DNA of 60,977 bases, counting the filler, from Hausera hauseri (taxonomy: Eukaryota): assembly GCA_046269625.1 (NCBI GenBank). It is 12 parts of 12 records of this genome, joined end to end, with 100 filler letters (N's around TTAATTAATTAA, not from the genome) between each part and the next. Parts side by side here need not be neighbours in the genome. Positions count along the whole stretch, not along the records: positions 50,383 to 54,485 come from JBJURY010760429.1; positions 54,586 to 60,977 come from JBJURY010105543.1; 10 more parts are not named here. One strand, 5' to 3'. Below, piece by piece: positions 50,383 to 59,900 of the stretch; the stretch's first letter is position 1, and each line of letters opens with the position of its first letter. Made by a program: the position numbers and the translations under genes. The notes beneath the pieces were generated by a model that was not told the DNA's origin, did not search any database, and saw only the letters and a list, made by a program, of their open reading frames with translations.

Positions 50383-53101
50383 AAACTGAAATCCATCCCG
50401 ACATTTGAACGGCGTAATCCTACTCTGGACATTAACGTTTTCCGGTACAACACAATCGTAGGAATACTAGCAAACGAAGAGATATACAAAAACCCACACG
50501 TGGATATAATTTATCGCAGTCGGAACCCGACTGGACGCTCTGTAAATTTGTTGCTCTTGGAGCAAGCAGATAAATTTCACTACGTGGCAGTAACCAATTT
50601 GGACAGACTGTTGAACACGGATCACTATCAATATGTCCAAAAGCGTATACAATGTAAATGTTGTCTTGTATGTCTCCATGGTTTCAGGTCAAAAACAACA
50701 TGGGAGAAATATGTGGCGCTGTGCGATCAGAATTTAACGGAAACAACCATGTACGTTATGCCACTCAAAAAGGAGCACCTATTCAGTGATTGGTCGAAAA
50801 CGGACAGTCCGGCATATGTGGTATATGCCGATATTGAGGCAATTCTACCAAGGCATAATGTATATGATCAAAAACACGTTCCAATAGCCCTTGGTATATT
50901 GATTGATCCAATAAAAGCGGTCGGTCAGCCACAGTATTACGCCTTTCACGGATGGAACTGTGTACGTGATTTTCTGCAGCGTTTGGAAACAATAATGGAA
51001 ACGGAAATCGAGCCGTATTATCGCAATAATTACACTAAATCCTTTATTTGGACAGATGAATATGAACCGCTGATGTTCGCTGCGACCGATGAATGTTACC
51101 TGTGCAACTAAATATTGCCTTGTCATGCACTAGAACGGCTTGTACCGGACCATGATCATTTCACCGGTCGATATTTGGGAATAGCATGCTATTCGTGAAA
51201 TTTTGCAAGGCGTGTGCGGTTATTCCATCTTTCATAATTTCCAAAGTTATGATTGTCACCATACATTGAAATGGGCCATCAACGGATTTCCGCACTGGGA
51301 ACTGTCCATAATCCAAAAACAACAATGGAGAAGCACTTGTCCCTCTCAGCACGCATAAACCGGTTCCAGGTATGCTTCCTTGACTAATTGCAATTTCTCA
51401 ATGAGTCCCTAGCAAAGCTCATAAATGCCTTGCCGGATGTGCCGATAACCTCAACGCAGTTCCCCACACATATTGCACGCATCAAAGGCATAGACTCATA
51501 TGACTTTGCTGTGTCGTACAAGCGGCTTCAGACAACAGATGAATTGCCGCCACAATGAGCTTGAATCACAGAGGACGAGTACCACATAGCACAGGAAGCG
51601 TGGTTAAAGCTCGGTTGCAGAAACCTGTTGGAGTACATGTTCTAGTACATGAAACTGGACGTATACTTGTTAGCCGATGTGTTTCAGACATTTCGTGCTA
51701 AGGCGTTGGTGGAAGATGGGCTGGAGCCGCTAAACTTTTACTCCATACAGGGGATGAGTTGGACATAAGCACTAATGTCGCTGGACAGGGAAATTGAGCT
51801 TTTGCAAGACCCGGAAATGTACCGACTCTTTGATGTTGGTATTCGTGGCGGCATGACATTTGTCAACAAGCATCACGTAACAAGTGATGACGATGATACA
51901 ACGTCAATGTTCTACATAGATATTAATAACCTGTACAGCTGGGCGCTTTAGCAACCCTTGCCGTACGATTCATTTGAAAGGGTAATGGACAAACAAGAAC
52001 TGTATACACTGCTGGACAGTTTTTCAGCAGCACCAACAAACACGACAGAAAGCAGCTCAGTCAGCTACCTAATGGAAGTCAATCTTTTGGTACCAGATGA
52101 ATTGCATGACGCTCTGGATGAATTACCCGTGGCACCAATTAACCAATGTCCGCCGAGCTCAAAAGTAAAGAAACTGTTCATGACGCATCAACCCAAATCG
52201 AATTAAGTGGTTCATTGGCGTCTACTGCAGTTTATATGCAGCTCGGTGTACGTGTCAAACAGGTGCATCGCGCAATCCACTTCAATCTGACTTTGATATT
52301 CAAGCATACATTGATGGAAATTCTGAGAAACGAGCCGCAGCTTTTACAAAGTTCGAAAAGGACTACTAGAAGTTGAAAAATAATTCGCTGTACGGAAAAG
52401 CAGTAGAGAATCTGAAAAAGCGGCTCAATGTGCGCTTATGTAACAACGAAAAGCGGCTGATTACGTATACCAGCAAGGCTCAGTTCAGGCGGTCAATGCG
52501 CATTACGGACGGATTGGTCGCTATGCTTATAAACAGATAAGAAGTCGTACTGGACCGGCCAAACTATATCGGACAAGTACTATTGGACCTGAGCAAGTTG
52601 TGAATGTACGAGCTCCAGTATTGCGACTTGGTACGTTACCGGCAAATGTTTGGCGACTGTGAAATCAGTATCGTTGCCAGTGACACAAACATCTTTTTTT
52701 GAGTTGAAAAACGTCAATTACGACCAACTGCTCCGACAAATGATGGCAGATAGACTACTGGACAAGTCCAACTTCAAGGATGAAAGTGAAGGTCGGGTTC
52801 AGTATCGGGAATTATATTCCTACGCCCAAAGTGCTACAGACTTGTGACTGACTGTGGACCGAAAATGTGGGCAAAAAGAGTCCAGTTGAGACAGACGGAA
52901 ATCGACCACGGTGATTATCGCCGTATTTATGCAGAAGAAGAACAATCAAAGGCTGTTGTGTTTCAAACGATCTTCCGATCGATTGAGCACCAGCCTATGT
53001 AGGTTAACGAATAAAAATTCGCTTTATCATGGAATGATGATAAGCGTAACTGGGTGGGGCAAAATAAGAGTTAGACGTATGGACATTGCAGGTTGAAATA
53101 A
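50383..53101 (+). pseudogene. Polinton/adintovirus-type pPolB, degenerate; same family as 42542-45700
   Basis: HYVAVTNLDRLL, YVVYADIE, DHDHFTG, GIRGGMTFV, YIDINNLY, KLKNNSLYGKAVENLKKR, C-terminal TYGH. Confidence 0.88.
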
Positions 53102-53389
53102 ACCACGTTCGGTGGTGTCAGATCAGATCAGATCAGATATAGACTATTCAATATTGTGACAATTATTGAAAATTATCATTTGCACATTGTTTTATTTTAA
53201 TGTTAATAACGTACTTTGTTCAGTTTGTTTTGTGTTTTGTTTTCGGTTACTTACTTAACCTATTATTATTAAGTAAGATAAGATAATAGTATAACAATAA
53301 CCTTGCACGAGAAAACAAAATATGTAACACAAATACATTTATTTATTGATAGGAGAAAAACTAAAATCACAAAAACACACAAAGTCAGT

Positions 53390-53960
53390 CAGTTAAATCA
53401 TAGTAAACTTCCCCATTTTTCATATTGTGGATTTGACGCCGCTCCTTTCCTTGAATCCTTTGAGCTTCAGAGTAGGTAGCCTTTAGCTCTTTCCGGTGGG
53501 AAAACTGATGCTGCTGCTGTTTCTCCACCGCCATGTGAACTGACAATTTTCGCCATATTTCCTTTCAGAAAAATAGACTATGTATTTTTGATATCGTGAC
53601 TCAACGCCAAATCACTGTCAACTTTTTTAATTGTGTCGTCCATTGTATACAAATCATTGTTGCGGATCTTTTTCACCAACAGACCATATTTCACAGGTTT
53701 TATTTTGACCGTTTGCGTCAATGGCAATTGAATAGCGTTGCACAGATAATGAACAACCGGGAATTTCTGAGCAAATATTCCCTGTACCGTGGTTTTTTGA
53801 GAGACTGTCATCTGCTAAATTGTTCTCAACCAAAGACATTGTTTAAAAAAGACAAACGTGAACTGAAATTGCATCGGTATTTATATCAAATGTTTGTTTT
53901 CATTGTAAACAATAGATATTTAGTTTGTGAGTATTGTCTCATATCAAAATGATACAAATT
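53390..53960 (-). pseudogene. Unknown gene convergent with pPolB
   Basis: The C-terminus QRIQGKERRQIHNMKNGEVYYDLT matches ERIQGSARR*ITNMEVGKVYADYT at 42222-42310 (+), which lies in the same position relative to the other pPolB copy. Confidence 0.5.
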
Positions 53961-53978
53961 ATCTCCATGTTACTGAAG

Positions 53979-54450
53979 TCATTCGTAATAAATGTGTGCA
54001 ATTTCCATTATAGCACATTTACATTCTGGACATTGGTGGGTTACTTTGGTGATAGTGGTGGTGGAACACATTTGACAAACAACAAGATGGCCGCATATTA
54101 AGAGTACCGTATCAACTTTTCTTTGTTTACATAGTACACACATAAACTGACAGTATCGTACCTTGCCCACTATTTTCTCTTTCAAGTTCTTTGATTCACC
54201 GCGTACCTTTTCAACAGTAGTAAAGTAATCGGTGAATGCACATTTGATTTAATACAATAGTTAGAGTTTCTATAGAACTGCAATCTGTTGCTGTCATTAA
54301 TGATATTGACACTAAATCTTCTTTAAATTCAAAATCGCCTGTTGCACTCACAACCAGCTCATTATCAAGTATTTGCTATCATTGTACCAAGTCTGAAATT
54401 GATAATCTATCAAAATTTTGCAACTGCTTCAGTTGATTAACTATTTCCAT
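53979..54450 (-). pseudogene. C3HC4 RING-finger protein (IAP/Mind-bomb-like RING)
   Basis: CVLCKQRKVDTVLLICGHLVVCQMCS...CPECKCAIMEIAHIY. The upstream part contains stops. Confidence 0.75.
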
Positions 54451-54715
54451 GATGATGATTATGATTTATAGTTTGTGATGATGATNNNNNNNNNNNNNNN
54501 NNNNNNNNNNNNNNNNNNNNNNNNNNNNNTTAATTAATTAANNNNNNNNNNNNNNNNNNNNNNNNNNNNNNNNNNNNNNNNNNNNTCAAGATTTAAGGGT
54601 TCTAGTTCTATTACTAGTTCTTTAAGTTCTAGATTTTGTGTGGAGTCGACAGTCGCACGTTTATTAGGATTTTTTCTAGGTATGTTTGTGTTTTAATTTT
54701 AACTTTAGGAGACAA

Positions 54716-54733
54716 GTCCTGCTAGGGTCGCCA
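54716..54733 (-). other. Primer-binding site, tRNA-Arg-like
   Basis: TGGCGACCCTAGCAGGAC lies 4 nt after the LTR end CAACA and is complementary to a tRNA 3' end (...GUCGCCA). TGGCGACC-type PBS is used by 412/Mdg1-like elements. Confidence 0.8.
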
Positions 54734-54737
54734 GAAA

Positions 54738-56735
54738 TGTTGGTTCAGTGTCCAAAATTTCTAATTCTATTTAAGATATTAGGATTTCGGATTCTTGTCT
54801 CTTTTAAAAGAAAAAAGTTTTCGCTTTTTAACTTTTTGTTGAATAAGAAGATTTTCTCTTTGTTGTTTTAATTCTAATTGATGCTGATTCTCTTTATTAA
54901 TTGCGTGTCTTGCGAAAAAGAACTCTAAACGTTCCTGAAAAACCCAAAGGTAAAATTCAAATCTGATTTTTAAACGTCTCCAAAGAGTTTTAATGCACAT
55001 TAATTGTTTAGGCAATTTGTTTTTGCAGATCTCTTGATCTTTTTAAGCTGAATCAAATATGGATTCTTTGGAGAAGGTTATTTAAAACAAAAGCAGAAAT
55101 TATTTTCCCTTATTGTTTATATTTTAATTATTTTTATGTGATTCGCGTAGCCTACTGTGCTTTCGGCTGCGACCGCTATTAATTATTGGGCTGAAGTTTA
55201 TTTATTTATAACGAAGAAAATAAATAAACACAATTGGAATTTAACCAACAAAAATAAAAATTATTTACGTGTCTTCTGAAAAGCCAAAAGTTTTCGAGAA
55301 TAGTATATTTTCTCAACGAATAAACTGAGAGTACAAATTTGAATGATAACCAACTATGTTGATTATCGGAACCCAAGAGAGAGTCAGTTTCAAATATCGG
55401 AATTTAACCGGTAAAGGTTCAATATTTTATTGAAAACCCTTTAGATAAGAGAATTATTCTCTGTGACTTTTTCTGTTCTGTTCTGTTATTTTTAAGTTGC
55501 ATATTTATACCTTTGTTGAGTGTTGTGGGTGTTCTTAGCTGAGGGTCTCATTTTTCTAGGGGTGTTTGTTATCGAAGTTACTTATTTTAGTAACTTTTTG
55601 TGGATTGATTTATCTGGGGGTGTGGTTTTGATTAAATCCGAGGGTGTTTGTACCTAATTTTAATTAAGTTTGTGGGTGGTTTGTATATTAATTAATAACT
55701 TTTAATAATACGAATTTTTATCGTAACTTATTTCACTATTTCACAACATATTAACTTGCTAAATTATAAAGTCACATTCAACTAAAATTTAATAAATTCT
55801 TTTGTTTTATTCTAATTTTTAAATTGCTCTTAAAAAATGTTCAATTGTAAAACTAATTTGTCACAGAAGATAATCGATTAACTTCAGAACATAACTCTTT
55901 AAAATCACAAAATCAATATCTCAACTTAATTAAATTAGTATTTTTTGTTTTTGATTACGAATTGTTATCGTAATTTATTTTTTAATTTATACATCCGCTG
56001 TATATTTATACTTACTCAATGGTCTTAAATAAAAATCAAAAATTCTAATTTCAATGCAACTGCATGATTGTTATTTCAATGTGACTATGATTGTTAATTA
56101 TGTTTTGAAGTTAAACTACAGGTATGGTTTCATGCATTTAGCAAATTTCAAAATTATTTACAAATGCTCGTAGTAAAAAACTCATTTGTGTATTATAATT
56201 AAACTACTGGATGAGTGCAATAATCTATCTGCTTACAATATGTTTTTAACTACATCATGTTTTAACTCATCGTTTTTCTGTTACTGTAACATCTTTTCTT
56301 AACATCATTTCTGTTCATGTTTTAACTCATTGTTTTATTTTACTTTAACATTCTATTCTGTTACCTTAACACTTGTATTAACCATAACATATGCACAGTT
56401 ATAATGAAAAATTCTGTAATTAAAATTGACTGTACTTCAGACTTAAAACTAAGTAGAGCTAAACGGAAAACAATAAGGTTAGTTCACTGAGGCCATTTGT
56501 CTGATATGCATGCACATGGTAAGTGAATTCTGTTTAAGTGGCCTATTTCATTGATTTACACTTGTTTGTTTCACATGTTTTGGTGTTCATCTAAATTATT
56601 CAAACGATTGCATTGACAACACTTATGTGTACAAATAACAAATTGTTAATAGAATAATTGCAGCAAAACTTGCACAGTGCTGATCGTGACTAACAAAAAC
56701 ATTCATAACATTTAACTAACTCGTTAACCTCAACA
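54738..56735 (-). repeat. LTR (1998 bp, TGTTG...CAACA) flanked by PPT and PBS
   Basis: PPT AAGGGGGGGGGGGGAAGA at 56736-56753; 5-bp terminal inverted repeat; PBS downstream. Confidence 0.88.
54779..55000 (-). CDS. LTR-encoded small basic protein (73 aa from MCIK)
   Basis: Conserved with 36045-36263. The stop lies about 40 nt before the LTR end in both copies. Confidence 0.65.
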   Translation of the reverse strand: MCIKTLWRRLKIRFEFYLWVFQERLEFFFARHAINKENQHQLELKQQRENLLIQQKVKKRKLFSFKRDKNPKS

Positions 56736-56948
56736 TCTTCCCCCCCCCCCCTTAGAAGAAAATTTTCTTTTATAAAAATGAAAATTTTAATTAAATAATT
56801 ATGTGAAACTGGTTCTCTCTGGTTACAAAACAAAAAGAATAAAAATTATACAATTTTTTATGATAACATAAATTAGAAAATGTCACAATAAGTACAGATG
56901 TATCATAGTATGAATTGAAGCAAGAGTGTCATGAGTCAAAACAAAAAG

Positions 56949-59900
56949 TTATAATTGAATGAAAAAGTCTTTATGGATGTCCATTTCTTCCTCAGTTTGG
57001 ATCACCGTCGCGATCTGATAAAGATTTTCCAACGTATATTCGTCTTTTTTGGCGAATAGTAACATTTTAATGTTTGATTTTCCGGAGTTACGCAATTTGA
57101 TTGTTTTTCCTCGTGGATTTGGTATTGGTACCATATCCATTTGTACTGGTATTGGCTGATTAGTCAATATAGGACTGTGCTGTACTTCTTTTAAAATATC
57201 GAAATATATCCCGATCATCGCCAGATGTAAGGTGTTATAAATAGAATGTTTGTAGACTAGTCCCACTACTTTTCCGAATAATTGTGTTGGGACTATTTGT
57301 TTCCATTGATTAAGAGTCGTTTTTGGCTCTTTTGTGAATTTAACATTAATAACATGATTCATATGTCCGTAAACTAGAATGGACAATTGAATAAAAACGA
57401 TTTTTTCCTTTTGATTAAGGCTGTCCATAATTGCATTGGTTTGCAATTTTAATTTTTTAATTGGAGATTCAACTTTTCGTTCTGTGATTTCATTTTCTGC
57501 TAATTTTTCATATTTATAATTCATATGATACTTTTGCGGTATTGTTTCGAAGCTTCCATAGTCAATTAAATTGTGGTAAGGTGGAATCCAACTGTGTTCC
57601 CAATGCTCATTAGAACATGAATCGGTAATTTTTGTGTAGATATCCATTACTACTTGGATTATGGATTCAGCTGTTTTTGGGAAGTCTGTTTGAAATCCGT
57701 ATACTCTTGGTAACTGCGTCAAATTCAATTTCATTTTCCCTTCTTCGAACCTCTTTTTTGTATTGGGAATGGAGAGTAGATCGATAATTCCGAATAAGAA
57801 GGATTGTGGTATTCTTAAGGATTTGAGAATAGTGCTTGTATTAGCACTAATGACGATGTACCCATACAGATATTTAACGAGCTCCTTTCTTACTAGTTCT
57901 TCATCTTCTGCCTCTTCTATGATGGATAATGATAGTCCATGAATATGCTCGTTAGTGTTAGAGATTTTTCGCCTTGGATTTAGAAATGCGTGATAAATGA
58001 GTAATTTCGCTTCGTCTGCGACCATCACTTCTACTGGTAACGGATCTCCATTCGGAGCATATGCTAGAGAAACTGATAGATATCTGTAATTGCATGCTGT
58101 GGAGAGTTGGAAATTTGATATATCTTCTGGTGGTATTTGATGGAATAATGGTTCTTGAAATCCTAAGTTTTCATCCAATGTTTGACATATTTCAACGCCT
58201 AATACTACTGGGGTTAGTAGTATCCTGAAATAGAGAGGCGTTTTAAACGCAATGTTATTGATTTTCATTGTAGATTTAGAATCTAAAACTGATTGTTTTG
58301 GGTTGATACTTTCATAGGTATCCGTATGTGCTCGTAATTGAATTCGTCCTTTTGCTACGTGCAAGAGTATTTTTTCAAAAGGTTCCTGTAGTTTAAGGAA
58401 TTCTGTTAATTTGACATTGTAACATGGATTGTCAATTTTCATTATACGAAAGGACCGTTCATTAATGGTCGAGGTCTTTAAACTATTGTCTAGATATTTG
58501 CTTTGTAAGAATAGTACATCAGTTGAATCTTCTGTGAGTTCGATAAGCCTGTTGTAAAATTTGCTTGGATACATGTTTTTTCCGGCATCATATATGAGGA
58601 TAGACCTGTTATATAATTCGAACCATGGTTTGGTTTTTAATTGATGTTTTTTATTATCTGAGATATTTTCTTGGAGCTGTGATTGTAATTTGATCTGTTT
58701 GTGCTCTGGCAGATCATTAATATCCATTCCCTTTTTCCGAACTTCAACTATAGATTGAATTCGTGGTGTAGTTACCACTGCTGCTGGTGAATTTTGGGTT
58801 ATTTGGTTTGCTAATATCCCTCTTGACAGTCCAAGCCCTTGAGTAGGATTTTGAAATGTAAAGGAATTATAGCATGGTGGTATAACCTTTCTTTTAGGGT
58901 TATACACCACAGTTTCGGTTGATGCATCGGAGTTTGAATCATTGGCATCTAGATCGATGTCTTGTATTTCCATATCGTCACGTACTGGTTTGTTTGAGAA
59001 ACTCATCGTGCTGAAAGAAGAATGATTACTATGGTGGGTCTTATTTAATGGCCCATCTTTAGGGTAGGTGGTTACCCTACAATAATTTTTAATTGGTGTT
59101 ATTGTATTTCTAGTGTATCGTGATTTTATTGGTTGAAACTTAGCATTGCTTTTTAATGTGTGTATTAGTTCATGATATGTGTGTCTTTTTAGGTATTTGA
59201 AATTTGAATGGTATCCTTTAGGATTTTTAAATTTTTTATTTTCCTCGACGTCGACTATCCACTCCACACTCGTCAAACATATTAAATGCGTTGTTAATAA
59301 AAGGGTTTTATTCATAATAGCTTGTTTTTGGGAAAATCTTTTTATTTCTATTATTACGAAAGGTGCAGATATGGATAGTAGAAGGAGTATTATTATAATG
59401 GAAGGGATTATGATCCTCAATGTATCTGTTTGTATACTAGATTTGGTTGCTAGTTGTAACTGCGTATAAACTGGAACTTCTTCATGTATCAAGTATTTTT
59501 CCGTTTTGGTCTTAGTTCGGATTGTTTGATGTCGCGTTTTGGCATAATTTTGTGTGAAGACAATCAAGTATTCTTCGTCAGGTTGGAGGTCGCTACATCT
59601 AGTCATCCTTTCGTGCTTTTTTATAGCGGCGTATATTATGTGATATTTTCCTACACAAGTTATTGAAATAGGATCTTCTAATAATTGCAAGACCTTAAAC
59701 TCAATATATGAGTCTGTTGCTATCATAGTGACATCAGGTATTTTATTTAGGCTAACTGTAGTAATTTGTTTATTACTAAAGGTCGATAATGTGGTGATAG
59801 TTGATATTATTACTTGTTCTATTTTAAAGAATTGCAGTAATGGCATATGGATATGGAAATTCAGGGCTTTTTCGCCGGACTTATGTTTAAATAATCTAGG

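Noticed and set aside
23168-54485. Stop-codon reassignment (TAA/TAG = Gln), suggested by stops at Gln positions in mobile elements
   Set aside because: HYDIN, SEC62 and the 1340-aa ORF have no in-frame TAA/TAG and use CAA/CAG. The stops co-occur with frameshifts and fit C-to-T decay.
54716-54733. tRNA gene (GTCCTGCTAGGGTCGCCA on the plus strand)
   Set aside because: Only 18 nt including CCA, with no cloverleaf. Its position next to the LTR identifies it as a PBS.
55143-55172. Hammerhead or other self-cleaving ribozyme in the LTR (CCGAAAG)
   Set aside because: No CUGANGA core nearby, and GAAA is not kept in the second copy.
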